Below are positions 49,630-63,027 of a DNA stretch of 64,000 nucleotides, in pieces (positions within the stretch are counted from its first letter, which is position 1; every line of letters begins with the position of its first letter). The DNA is from Podarcis vaucheri (lineage: Eukaryota). The DNA is taken from NCBI GenBank assembly GCA_965113315.1, contig OZ220370.1; one strand, written 5' to 3'. A model generated the notes under the pieces. The model searched no databases. It saw only the letters and a list, made by a program, of their open reading frames with translations, and was not told where the DNA came from. The position numbers and the translations under genes were made by a program.

Positions 49630-50970
49630 GTTTTATAACCAAGTCTCTAACTCAGGAGAGTTCATCTGTAAGGCTCAAGAATGTGGACAAGGGGCTTGGA
49701 ACAGTCAGTGCAACCATTTGCACTCTGGATGATGCTTATGGAGTGCTCTTCGGCCCCATGAAACTTTCAATGTGGAGTTCCTCAGGATTCAATCCCCACC
49801 CTTAAACTACTGAAAACCACTGAGTGGGATTATCCAGAAGTTTGGAGTACATTGTCAGCAATTTGCTGATGACACACAGCTTTACTTCTCCTTTATATCT
49901 GTAGGTGCGACTGTGGATGTGCTGGACTGCCTTGATAAGGGACTGGGTAAGAGCCAACTTACTGAAGCTCAATCTAGATAAGACCAAGGCAATGTTAGTG
50001 GGTGGTTCCCTAGACCAGATGGAAGCAGTGGACACACCGCTGTCACTTGAGGCTCAGGTGGTCTTGGAGTGCCTTCCATCAGTTTCAGCTAGTGGCCCAG
50101 TGCACCTCTATTTGGACAGGAATAGCCAAACTTCTGTTGTCTATGCTCTGGTAAACTCAAGGTTAGATTACAATGGGCTGCCTTTGAAGGTGAATTGGAA
50201 ATTTCAGCTGGGGCAGAATTTGGTGGCTAGGTTGTTCACCAGGGTAAGAAGGTCTGAGCATGTTACAACAATCCTGTCCCAACTGCACTGGCTGCCAGTT
50301 AGTTTCCCAGCCCATTTCAAAGTGCTGGTTTTTACCTATACAGTCTTACCTCGGGCTGAAGTAGCTTCGGGCTAAGTATTTTCAGGTTACGCGCTGCGGT
50401 GATTTGGACGTAACAGAGCGTGTTACTTCTGGGTTTTGCCGCTCGTGCAGACGGTCAAAATGATATCACGCGCATGCGCAGAAGCGGCAAATCGCGCGCA
50501 GCCCGCAGGTTGCGTCCGCTTCTGGATGTGAACGGGGCTCCGGAACGGATCCCATTTGCATCCAGAGGTACCACTGTAAAGCCTTAAATAGATCAGGACT
50601 GCAATACTTCAAAGACCACTCTCTCCCCATATGAACTGGCATGGACCCTGAGATCATCCTCTGATGCCCTTCTTCATGAGCCTCCTCCACGCAAGGTCTG
50701 GAGAGTGGCAACACGAGAACAGGCCTTTTCTGTGATGGCTCCCCATTTGTGGAATGCTCTTCCCAGAGAATCTGGCACCTTCAATACATTTCTTTGGACA
50801 CCGGGCAAAAAAGTTTCTCTATAACCAGTCCTTTGGGTGATTAAATGTGTTTGTGGAAGGCAGAATTATTGGGTTTTAAAAATTATGTATTGTTGTCATT
50901 TTGTATTTTTATGTTATGAACCACCATGTGTTCTTCAGATGAAGGGCTGTATACTAATAAAATAAAAACA
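49630..50970 (+). mobile_element. Decayed L2 LINE (RT C-terminus and 3'UTR)
   Basis: GVPQ(G/D)S, QQFADDTQLYF, LKLNLDKTK, ALVNSRLDY, LHWLPV...FKVLVFTY|KALN; boundaries approximate. Confidence 0.88.
50341..50576. mobile_element. CpG-rich mariner-type MITE inserted in the L2
   Basis: TA|CAGTCTTACCTCGGG...CCAGAGGTACCACTG|TA; removing it restores TTT ACC TAT AAA GCC TTA AAT. Confidence 0.85.
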
Positions 50971-53900
50971 TTAAAAATAATATCTCACACTAGTCAGAAT
51001 TAGCATGTATACCTTTTCTGTGAATAGGCTCACTATTCAACTAACATTAGTTCTGGCATTAAAATCTAGTAATTGAAGATGGAAACATCTGAGCAGGTAA
51101 CCACATGGAAAAGGTTGCATAGATATTTGATCACTCTCTTATCTAACACTTAGAATGGTACGAAATTACAGTGTATTTCTACAAATGCATAGACACATGT
51201 ATACTTTTAGAAGGGCTATAAGTACCAGATTCCTTTAAATTCTTACTGAGGCATGTGTTTGATGAAACTTGGATAAAAACAATTGTTTCTGTTGAAGTAG
51301 CGGGTTTCAGTTTATTTAGTGAATCTGGTGGTGAATGTTGAACTATTTTCTTAAACGCAAGTCCCATTCCTGCTGAAAGACATCTAGGATTTCAGGTTTT
51401 TGTATGCATACATGATGTTATCACTGTCCTTGATTAAAAAGCATACAAGTTAGAAAGCACTTGGAATAGTGTGGCATAGCTGAATAATCTAACAATAAAA
51501 ATGCTCTGTAATGAGCTTCTTGATAAGTGGGAATGTCAACCCAATTCAGATTTGTCACTTAATTTCAGAATGCTGGGCCCCAAATTCATTTATCCTCAAC
51601 AGAAACATTTGACACAGGTTGAGAGGAAAAACTTGCCTAAGTTAACTTAAACAAGCTTCATGACTTTGCAGGACTTCAAGCCTTGGAAAACCCACTTTAT
51701 TCATTTATTACACAATACCAGTCAAAATTATACACATTTCTTTGATCATAATGAACACATCAAAATTATTTGCCTTAAGACTGTGTACTATTGTAGACAA
51801 TCTTTCATCAGGCAAAACAGGGACTCTTTCATCATCAAGTGAAAGGGAGGGGCACCAACTGGATTCCAATTCATGGCTTCAACCCAACTAAATCACTGCA
51901 AAAATGAAACAATTTCTGTTAGTGCAATGACAGTTCCCTTCCCCTTCATCCAAATACCTCCTAAATCTGCTCTGTGGGGTTCCCTCAGCCCTCTGGAGCA
52001 GATTAGAGGGTGTTGTAGGGGGGGAGGAGAGTGAGAAGTACTGTTGCACTTGTGGAAACCATTTCACCTGCACAATGATTTAGTTGGTTTTTATGACCTA
52101 TAAAATGTAAGAGATCATATTGCAAAACGGAGTTATTGTGCACCAAAATAAACCAATTCCAATGGAATTTGGGACTGAATTCACTGGACTGTAACAAATA
52201 TTTATAGACCATCCAATCAATATAATTGTGAAAAACAATAGGGCACCTGTTCGATCTCAACTAGAAGGGAGTTCTACAAAATTGGCTTTACAATACTGAA
52301 TGCACAGTTCATGGTGGATAAAAACCATGCATTTGGGGACTCATTGGGCTGAGGTACCTCTAGCTGCACCATGGATCTTAATAGGGTCCCATCGTTGAAG
52401 GGGGAACTGGTAATATAAGATCAAAGCTTACCAAGAAATGGTCTGACCATAACAATGGGGTTATCAGGACACCTTTCTCCATTTCCAGACTCTCACTCCC
52501 ACCTGCCCTGAATCAAACACAAGATTGAGGGTGTGATCATCTCTGTTTGCCAATGACAAACAGACAGTCATGGAGGTTATAAAGCCAGCATGGATGTTTA
52601 GTCCTCAGAATAACAGTTCTTCAACACCATCTTAGCAAACTCAGTCCAGAAGGGTTAGGGGTACACAAGCAACACTCCCAGTCTGTCTTGATGGCCAAAT
52701 AGTAAGCTCTCAAAGCCCATTCCAGATCAGGGAGGTTTATTAGCCAGATAAATGAATTATATGGACTATAACAACTCCAACTCGCACATGTGTGTTTATC
52801 CAATTCAGCTGGTGCTGTAGAAAGCACAAAGGTGAACACACTTTCTTGATATCTAGCCCACATATGTCTCAGAAACGCATCCCAGAATGGCTCCCTCGTG
52901 AGTATGGTGTTATTGCGAACTGAACTGGTGTTAAACAGCTTCATTGTCAGAGCAGAAGGCCCAACAACGAAGCTACTAGCAGACAAGAGACAAGGGAAAG
53001 ATCAGAAAGGGACATAGTCTGTACATGGCTGTGTCCCTTTTTCTGCAAATGGTATGTTTGCTCTCCAGTGTCATAACTTCTTCTGCCTGTAACCAATGGA
53101 ATCAAGGAAAGCCTACTGACCTCCCCAGGCACATCCCAGAAAACTATCATGACTCTGCTCCATCCACCCTTACAATATTAATTCTCAATATCCAGTTAAA
53201 CACATACAGGATTTCCGTACCAACATAAAAACACTCAACACAATCTCATCCAACCACTACCAGCCCATAATCCCCAAGCCAACTTTTCATCAATCACTTA
53301 CTACCACCACCTAGCAGTCAATGCATCAAACCTATTCCTATCCCATTCTATTTCCACAACCGCCACACATAGTCTCAAGCCACCCAGCACTCATACTGTA
53401 AACAGATCCCAGTTGAATCCTCCACCCTAGCTGAAGGATTCCATTATCAAGCTTTCACCTGGTCATAGGTGTAGGTCCTATCCCAACACTCAGAAGATTT
53501 GTATTCCAACTCAGGAATCCTTCAAATGGGCACATGCAGCCACTAAAACCGAAAGAATAGTGCCCTTGCACCTTCCTAAAGCAGAACCCTTGCTTTGGTG
53601 TCATACCCTTTGGGGTTGCCTCTGCTGCAGTACCCCACCACTGCAACTCACTGTTTTATGGAAGTGCCGCTTATATCTCCATGGGTCCAATATTCACCAC
53701 TGCCACCTCTGCTTGGTAGTTCTCTGGCAAGCGTTGCTATTTGGCAGATGGTCTCAATCAAGAAAGCAATGACGGTTATCAGGAGCTAGGGTGGTTAGGT
53801 GTTTAAACAAAATTAGGTTACTGAAACAAATCAGTAAGCATATTGGATACAGTTGACCTTTTTATTAAAGTAATTTATTTTCTTGTTTCAAACTAATCTT

Positions 53901-56900
53901 TACTTGGTAATGGATCTGGACTTTAGTAGCAATCAGCCCAGCCACAGACTCCTTGAGTAACTGTGGGAAATCATTTAGCCTTCTGTAGGTTTGAGAATCA
54001 AAAAGATTTCTTCTCCACTCCAAGTCTCAGGATCAGAGCATGCTATAAAATCACAGTTTTTATTAATGATAACATTAAAAGGCAACTATCAAGCTATATG
54101 TATCTAATTCCTATTAAAGTTGCTTGTTTGCTTGCTCGCTTGCTCAAACAACAACAGTATCCTCTCCCAATGGATTGAAATGCATTTTCTATCTGTTTAT
54201 GGGAAAGTTCTTACACTTCAGTCTATACATATTTCTAATGTGGACACTGAAAAAAATACACGTTCCAACTGAACTGGCATTTTCAATAAGCATGCAATGC
54301 TGCATCTGCTCTTTAGATGCATGGTTCATAGTTTCTTAAAAGTCCCCTAGAGGAAAGCGATTAAACCTGCATCAACTACACTCTCTTCCAACAAGCACAA
54401 TCAGCTTTAACAATATCTGTTTGACTTGACAGAAAAGTTTAGTTCCAGAAAGTTTTTTAAATTGTTTGTACTTAGTAATGTTACTATTACTATGACTAAT
54501 CTATTCTGAACATGCAAATAATAGTTTTGTGCTAGTTAAGAATACTAAATGATTTGCTGTGTAACCTCAATCAAAAATGTCAGCATTTTAAAGAAACCTT
54601 TTAGTATCAAAATATATACAACTATTTAATACCCAAAGCATATTTTAAACAATTATTTACACTCCAAGTAATATTTAGAACATGATTTACCAGTTGTAAA
54701 GTTAACAACTGACATTTAATATTAAGTATAAAAATATTCCTACTCTTTTAGAACAAAAATGTTTTGTATGATTTTCTATCTATCTACACACACAAACACA
54801 CATGAATGAGGTTCTCTTGGCTGAACAAATCTTGATCACCAGTACGTAACTAAAATATCTTTAAGAGCCTTATGATAACAGTAGCATAGTATATTCAGGA
54901 TACATTATATGGTATCATACAATACATATAACTTTATAACATATAATATATATCTCATACGCTAACATAACAAAACAAGTTTCTTTCACTTCTCAAAATG
55001 TAATTGCAGAACATTGCAGCCATCTCCCATTAAGGATACACACTGAAGAAAGAAACAACTATTCAATAACATATTTAAATAAGCTTGGACTATCCCTATT
55101 GCACTTGTCAAATGGAAAAAATACATTTTGTAACACAGTACTTTATTAGTTACTTGACCAGCACTTTGCAAAATTAACATAGTAGCTACAAATAAGTAAT
55201 TGCTTTTGTAATTAAAATCAGAGATCCATGCTTAAAATCTGCTTAAATGGCAGAAATTCAATGTAACCATAGTAATTTTGAGTTTGATGTTATTGTGGGA
55301 GGGACATTATCACAGTATTCAAGATTAAAGATATGTTAAAAATTAATGAATCCAGTTCACCTTGTCAACATATGAATCAGATCTTAGCTTTTATAAAAGT
55401 AGTATTTGTCCATAAAAAAGCTGATAACTAATTCCCATTAAACACTTTCTAATCTGATTTCTAGGGATATTCTCCACAAAGCGACACTTTTGGCTCAACA
55501 AGTGCAAATAAGATTATAACAGTTTATGGCCAGACACTTTCTCCCCATGCTGAATTTCCTAATTTTTCTTTAAAAGTATATTTTCCTTAATTCTCTTTCT
55601 GTTTTCTTGTTAAGTTCTTAATACTTCATTTATTTAATGCAAGATATATGAATTCCATTTTGAATATTATAGCTTAGTCTTAGAACACATTCAATTTAAA
55701 AAGAGCTGAATTAAGAAATTATGCTGTCTTGCAAATAACCTGCTTCATTTTCTTCTTGGAAATTATACCAGTTATTACTATACTCACACATTTTAACATT
55801 TAATGGGATATAGATCTGGCAAGAGATATGCATACATATGAAACATTCTGCTACTATGTACATTCTTTAATACAGCAAGTTCAGAGAATATATATTTAAA
55901 CATACTGAGATAGGTAAAAAAATCTGTTTTTATAAACTAACTAATGTTAATATGACTGCATCATCTTTCCTACTTGAATTCAGCTTACATATAAAAAATC
56001 CCAGCACTCACATTAACTTTGATAACAATTTTGAAGCAATTTAAAGCACAATCCATAGATTATATGAATTCTAACAATTGTTTTGATCAAAGAACATGGC
56101 ACTTTCAACTGATATAAACACTTTTTGGAAACTGAATTCTTAGGTATGAGATTCCAAAAGTTATTTTTGCCAAGTCCTAAAACATACTGACAAATATATA
56201 TGGAAGGATAGGTAGCTAGTATATAAGATACCAATCAAACAATTATGTATAAAAACAAACATTAACATTTTAAAGGCTGACTTAGTGCTGGGTAAGACAG
56301 TGCACAGAATATTCTAATTGCTACTTATGCAATAGCAAATGAAATCTTTGCAATAGCAAAGAAAAATACTAAAATTTCCAATAAAGATGCAACAGATTCA
56401 GTCTACTGATTCTATTCACAAATCCATGACATTTCCAAATCAAGAACTGAACTACAATTGTATATATATGTTTTCTTCCTAATATATTATCTACTACTGA
56501 AATGTTTTACTTGCTTAATGCAGCAACCATCCATCATGTGTTAGATTTCAAACACATTTTGTATGTCAGATCAGTACAAAATATCACGTTGTTCACATAT
56601 TTAAATTATTTTACATTGTTCTGAAAGGCTTTCTAAATAGTTAGAAATTGGTTAAAGATGGCCAACAGCTCATTTGGACAGCTATTAAATCTTTCTACTA
56701 AAACAAATGAATGGTGTCTGCAGATATTTGCTTTCAGAAGCATACCATCAACATATATTCAGATTTTCCTTTTAGCACTACAGTATAGTGAACCACAAAA
56801 GGGGTTTGAAGACTATACCCCAAAATATAAGTTTCTTATAATCAAAGTAATGTTTCAGTATGCTTTTATGGTATATCATTAAGTGCATAAAATTATTAAA

Positions 56901-58124
56901 TTGTCACTATTAGTGGCAGAGGATTTTACCACTACAAGGTGCTTTTCTAAGAGTACTCCAACTCCATAGCAAACTCTCAACATGAATAAATCAGCTGAAT
57001 GCACTGAAGTGAGCAACTTCAAATATATGTATTAACAGAGTAAAATTGTGGTGGTGAGTCACCATTTTGACAAAAAAAAAAGCTTAATAAGAAGATGACA
57101 ATTAATTACAATTATATTTATATACACCAACATTTAAAACTTACAATGAAAAGCTCAAAAACTACTTTAGACTTCAAAGGTTTTGCTTAAGGCAAGTAGT
57201 GTCACCAAGTAGTTTGGCCAATAAGATTCACTCAAGACACCTTGGAATCTGTCTGCAAAATCTATAGTATATAATAATGGATCTACATTATATGAATTAT
57301 AAGAAATTCAACTAATTTCATAGAACATTGTTTTAACCAATCAACTAAAATTATATGCAAGTGCTCCATAGTTTTAACAAAATAGTTCTCAAAGATAAAT
57401 ACAGCTTTATCAGCATCCATAAATTCAATGTTTCAGGCTATTTTTCTACTAACAGTTACTTTTCTCAGTCTCCTTACTGTTAAATGTATTACTGGAATGA
57501 GTATTCAAACTTAAAGGCATTAAATTTGCATATGATGGAGAACTTTCATGACAGAGGAAGAAAGCAAAATTGTAATTTGTGCTTTCAGAAAAATGTATTT
57601 CTTCCACAATGCTTTTACCATGATACTTAATAATTGTACAGCAGATCTGTATATACATCTAAAGATACAAATGCAAGTTTTGTACTTCTGCATATCTACA
57701 AAATAGCTTTAAAATTTAGATTAGGAAAAGCCACCAGACTTCATGTGTTCTGACTTCTGAGCTTAACAATTCATGCCACAAACTTATTGTTATGGTTAAT
57801 GCCTGTGATAAAACGTGCATGCTGTATCAAATGTATTTAGGATAAGAACTGACTACAGGCTAAATTTCTGCTTATTATGCTAGGTGCACTTATGAACCTA
57901 GTATCTTAACTGGTAGATGAAAATGATCTACAAACACTAGTAATTCATGTGACATTCTTAAACCATATGGCATGCATCAGCCATTTACCAAGTTTGCTTT
58001 CAGATATTTTCTATTTTGATTTAAATGATAACGTTTATGCCAAAAATAGAGTTGTTTTCAATAAAAATAAATGTGTATACAACTCCATGTTAACAGATCA
58101 ATGTTCCCCTTATGAGCTGATTAT

Positions 58125-58245
58125 TATTATTATTTATTAAACCTGTATACTGCCCTTCATCCAAAGATCAAAGGTGATTCACAACATAAAAATACAAAAT
58201 GAGAACACAAAATACAATAAAAACAAACCAATAACCCCCTCCCAC
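58125..58245 (-). mobile_element. L2-type 3' tail fragment
   Basis: Same family as 10325-10448. Confidence 0.65.
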
Positions 58246-60822
58246 AGACACATTATTATTACTATACAATTTGTATAAATCCATTCTCTAAGAATAAATG
58301 ACGCAGTTTAATTTTGGAGACTGTGTCATTGGAAAACAAGGTGCTTTCACCTGAAGCCACAGGATTATCCAGGACAATAGTCCACTACATAATGCAATAA
58401 AGGTACAAGACATCTATGATAACAAATGATGAAATCTTATGTACACTGGAGAATCAAGCCCCTCAACACAGTGAGACTTATATAAAAGTGAATAGAAACG
58501 GGTTACACATTGAGCAGAAAATTGATTTGGTATATAAAGAACAAAAGAAAGTATAACTGATGGAGTTTCTCTCAAGATTTGGTCCATCTCTTTGAGCAGA
58601 ATACGTGCTAGCAAGAGTTTAATTTCGATTTAAATCAAGACAGTGAAAGAGCAAATCACTTGAAATGAAAATGTAATTGTGCATAAGAAACACAAGATCT
58701 GAGACAATAGATTTCCGAAATACCATTCTACTACCCAGCAGCATTTTAAACATTTAAGCTAAGTCTTTATAGATAACATTTCTTATCATGGAAGTCACAC
58801 ATTTATAAGTTAAAGATACAGCAACATCTATCATAGATGCTTTCTTGGAATCTGTTTCAATTAACAAACATTTACTGTCCAACAAATAATAAAAGCACAA
58901 CTATGTAAGATTTAACCTAAAATTAGAATGTATTTCAATAAAACCAAATCTAGAGACATTACACAAAACTGTAATAGCGCAATTTACAGTAGAACACTGC
59001 ATGTATTCTAACCCCTTGAATATTGCAGGTTTGAAATATGAACAGGTTTGTATTTTAAATCAATGGAATGAAACAGAAGATATCCAAACAAGTTGTCAAT
59101 GTCTGCAAAATGGCTTTAAAATTATACCATAAAGTCCACTATATGTCTTGTGTTCTTCCAGCGACTTGAAAACTAGCAGAACATTATTATAATTTAGGCT
59201 ATCTCTACACACACCATTCTAAATCCAAGACACAACAATAGAATTAAAATTCAGCCACCATACCAAAATCTTGAGTTGCATCACAGATAATAAATGCTAG
59301 GTCCAAACAATGTCCACCAATTTCTCCTACAAAAGGGGTAAGCCAATCACTGTTTACACCTCAACAGCCCCCTTGGATTTAATGCAATCCACCAGAATAA
59401 GTAGCCACTGCCTTGCCTTCAGAGTTTGATTTATGGTTTTACACTTTAACAAATCCAAGCCAACTTTAGCCAGAACTTCTGCATAGGTGAGCACAGCTAG
59501 AAGAAAAGAGGAGCTGTCTCTTTAAGATACCATGCTCTGTCCCTGATCCCACGTGGAAACCAACATCAGCAGCACTTTCGCGTTCAGTTCTATGTGATGC
59601 AAGTTGAGGCATCATTTTTTAATAAACATGAGAAAATTGCAGAATACATTCTTCCCCGGAATACAAAATTGGTGAAAAAGCATGCTAAAGTAAGCCCCGG
59701 TTCTCCTCCAAAAGTGTAGTCTCACTATGTGTATTTTTCATTTTTTTCTACCGCACGTTGCTTCCAGTCCATACTACTCTAACAGAAAGCACTTCACAGA
59801 CAGTGGACACAAACACCGGGATCCATAGGCAACGAAAAGGTACTCCATAAATCGGAAATATTTGCTCTTTTGCATTACATATCATAATTGGGTCGGGAGA
59901 AAAGCAATGCATAGGTATTACATTTCGCGCCACCTCCCCCCTTTCCCCCCACATGTGCCCCCCCAACAAACAAAGGGCACGAAAGCGAAGGTACAAAGTT
60001 GGCAAATGCAGCATTTATCTCCTGTGCAATCGCTCCTCGTTGCCCCAAAGTTGTGCAGCTCGTGCATTCCCACCTCCCACCACCATTCAAGGGAGAAAGG
60101 GGATTTTCACGTTCTCGCATTGTCGGGAACGAGCTGTAAAAGAGCTTTTGCCTTTCCAAAGCAGTCATCAACAACAAAAATAGGCATCAGTTTTAACTCC
60201 TTGCTCTCTGAGAGCTGAAACCCCGACGTGAGGGGACGCGGGGTTAAACCTGATCTCTTAGGGGAGAAATCGGGGGACGGAGACGATTTGGGGCATTTTT
60301 TAGGATTTTTTGGGGCTATTTTTTATTTTGTTATATGCCTCGGTTCTCCCTCCATTTTGGTTGTTTATGATACTGACAACAAGCTGTCCCTGCTCTCTCT
60401 CCAGATCTCTCCTGCTTCCAGTTAGAGACACCCCCCCACCTCCCCAATACAACCCACCCTCCAAACGCCTTCCCCAAACTCCCCTCTCGTACCCACGCAA
60501 GAAGGGAAAGAAAAGCCTCCGCGGCCGGTCCAAGTCAGGCGGGAGGCAATCTCGTCTCTTGATGGGGTGGGGGGGAAAGGAGAGGAAAAAAACTTTTGTC
60601 CAATAAAAAGCGGGAGGAGAAGGGCGCTGCACGCCCCAAAACGACTCGGGAGCCCCCTAAAGCTTTGGCTGCGGGGTCCCCGCCGCCCCGTCCCGAGAGT
60701 GCAACCCGCCCGCGACATTTCTGCGCAAAATGTGGCCGCTTTGGTGCTACGGCTGAATTTATATTAATTTTCTCTCATTTTTTGGGCACCGCGGGCTCTT
60801 AATGTCTTCCGCTCCCTCCTCG

Positions 60823-60849
60823 CTGCTGCTGCTGCTGCTACTGCTGCTG
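60823..60849. repeat. Interrupted (CTG)n microsatellite in PLAG1 intron 1
   Basis: CTGCTGCTGCTGCTGCTACTGCTGCTG. Confidence 0.85.
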
Positions 60850-61322
60850 TCACTATATTCAAAGCACAAGCTCCGGAGCTCGGGGGGGGGGGGGAGAGAG
60901 AGAAGAGAGAGACTCCGAGCGAGGAAAGCGAGGTTGGGGGGGGGGCTGGGGGCTTCTCAAAAAAGTTTCTGCCTCCCCGTTTGTATAACAAGAAACGAGG
61001 GGGAAGAAGAAGGGGGGTGCGATCCTCTCAGTGAAAACCTCACTGAAGGAGTTGGGGGGGGGAGCGGAGGAGAGGAGAAACTAAGTCCGAAAGCTGAGGA
61101 AAGCGAGGCTTTCTTTCGAGGGGCTGCTCCTGGGGACCCCCGCGAGAAGCGCGACGCAGCCCAGGAGTGCAAGGGAAGGAGATGAAGCCGCACAAACTTT
61201 CCCTCATCGCTGCCGCTCCGCTCTCCCCCCTTCTCCTCCTCCTCCCCCTTCAGAATTTAAATAACCCTAATATTTCCCTGCTGAACCCCGGCTCCTGACC
61301 CCCAAACCCGCAGCAGACTCAC

Positions 61323-61490
61323 CGCGGGAGCCTCAGCATCCCCTCAGCGCCCTCTTCCCGCCTTTTACAGGGTTCTCCGATTTTTCTGTAATTTTTTCCC
61401 CATATTTCGGGCTGGACGCGGCGGGCCTGGAAATTGTTTGCTTTCCCCTCTTTCCAGCAGCCATTGTAGTGTATGCGCTGCGGTGCAGCT
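61323..61490 (-). other. PLAG1: PLAG1 exon 1 (leader, contains a 43-aa uORF); TSS approximate
   Basis: GCAGCGCATACACTACAATGGCTGCTGGAAAGAGG...CCCGCG|gtgagt; matches the recalled human PLAG1 exon 1; canonical donor. Confidence 0.88.
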
Positions 61491-61819
61491 CAGCCTGCCG
61501 CACACGCCGCGCCCACACCGCCAGCCGCCCACACGCGCCGCGGGTTGGACACCTCCCCCTGTCACTCAGCCCTTTGGCCGCACCCTGGAGGCGGCCACTT
61601 CGGGACTCGCGGCTCGCCCCGTTGGTAGGACGGGACGCCGCTCCGGGAAGGGAGAGGAGGAACCGCGCGCGGATTGGCCCGGCGGCGGCGGGCTCCGAGC
61701 TGTCTTTCAGAGCGCCTCGGCGAGAGCGATTGGGCGCCGGGCCTGTCAGTTTCGGCAGGGCTGCGGGGCAGTAACGGGGTAGGCTGCGCCGCTTATAAGG
61801 TGGCTGCCCAAGCCGCTGA

Positions 61820-61880
61820 CGTCTTTCGAATTGGAAGCGAGTCCCGAGCCCGCGAGTCGGTTTCCCTCACGGCGGCTGAG
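61820..61880 (+). other. CHCHD7: Probable non-coding exon 1 of CHCHD7; TSS approximate
   Basis: GGCTGAG|GTGAGT donor at 61880/61881, head-to-head with PLAG1. The name rests on synteny only; no CHCHD7 coding exon recognised in the window. Confidence 0.6.
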
Positions 61881-62485
61881 GTGAGTGTCGCCTCCCGAGG
61901 AGCCGCCTGGTCGCCGGGCGCCTGGTCCGGCCTCGCTGTGGCAGCGCCAACCTCCCGCCCGCTCTGAAGGGCAGCGACAACGTCCCGCCCGCTCCCTCCG
62001 GCGCCTGGCTTCGTTGCCGGGCGTGCGAGGCGGGAACGGAGCGCGGCGTCAGGCCCCGCGGCTCCACGCGGAGCAGCCCCCGAGAGCTGGCGCTAGGCTA
62101 GAGGCTTGTGGAGGGCGGGCCGGGGCGGCGGCGGCTGCAGGCCCGTGCAAGGCGCCCGTGGGTGCGCCCAGGTGCGCCTCCTGAGACTGCTCCGCCCATC
62201 GCTGCCCTTTCTGTGGCTGGGCCAGGAAGCGCTTCCTTCTCCTTTTTGCCCTCGGTGGCTCCCGACATGGCAGCTGAAGTGGGTGCGCGGGTGTGGGTGT
62301 GTAAGAGACATGCGGCATGTTGTAGCTCCCATCCCTTATAGCTAGCTGCTGCTCCAGGGCTCGGGGTGGGTTGGGCGCTGCAGCATCCACACCCTCCAGC
62401 CCACCCGCCGGGTGAGACTGGAACTAAAGAGATAAGGATGGGGGGCTTCGACGTCAAATCTAAAGCGGTTTGGCTCCCCCGCCCC

Positions 62486-62511
62486 TTCATTCATTCATTC
62501 ATTCATTCATT
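62486..62511. repeat. (CATT)n microsatellite
   Basis: About 6 units visible. Confidence 0.9.
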
Positions 62512-62754
62512 TTTCTTTTTGCATCTTATGTTGCATCGACTCTTTTCTGTTCCAACTCTGGCATCTGTAGAGACTTGAGTTCTACTGTTTCAGTAAATGG
62601 TAGGGAAAGCAGCTTTGCTGAGCCTGTGGGCCTCCATGAAAGCACTTGGTTGGAAAGGGACAGTACTTAGATTGGAGGGGGGGGGATCCTCCAGATTGGC
62701 AGTCTTATTTTATATGTATTCTGTAGCATGATGTTGATACAACAATAGTGCATT

Positions 62755-63027
62755 AAGGTAAAGGGACCCCTGACCATTAGGTCCAGTCGCAGACCTTGCT
62801 TTATTGGCCAAGGGAGCCGGCATACAGCTTCCGGGTCATGTGGCTGGCATGACTAAGTCGCTTCTGGTGAAACCAGAGCACCTCATGCAAACGCCGTGTA
62901 CCTTCCCACCTGAGCGGTACCTATTTATCTACTTGCACTTTGATGTGCTTTCGAACTGCTAGGTTGACAGGAGCTGGGACCTTCTGATCGGCAAGCCCTA
63001 GGCTCTGTGGTTTAACCCACAGCACCA
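62755..63027 (-). mobile_element. Sauria SINE with internal deletions
   Basis: Aligns to 2505-2864 but lacks the B-box segment and the extreme 5' end. Confidence 0.88.

Larger units (their letters stand above)
60200..62480. promoter_or_regulatory. CpG island / PLAG1-CHCHD7 bidirectional promoter
   Basis: Very high GC and CpG; divergent first exons; ATTGG boxes at 61673-61677 and 61729-61733, TTATAA at 61793-61798, CRE-like TGACGTCT at 61817-61824. Confidence 0.9.

Noticed and set aside
49905-50375. 156-aa ORF
   Set aside because: Decayed L2 ORF2 fragment running into a MITE, not a host gene.
38251-61322. Equivalent of human PLAG1 exon 2
   Set aside because: Could not locate a convincing match by eye; may be absent or diverged.
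61438-62490. Multiple 77-130 aa ORFs in the PLAG1/CHCHD7 island
   Set aside because: GC-content artefacts; none resembles the twin CX9C CHCHD7 protein.
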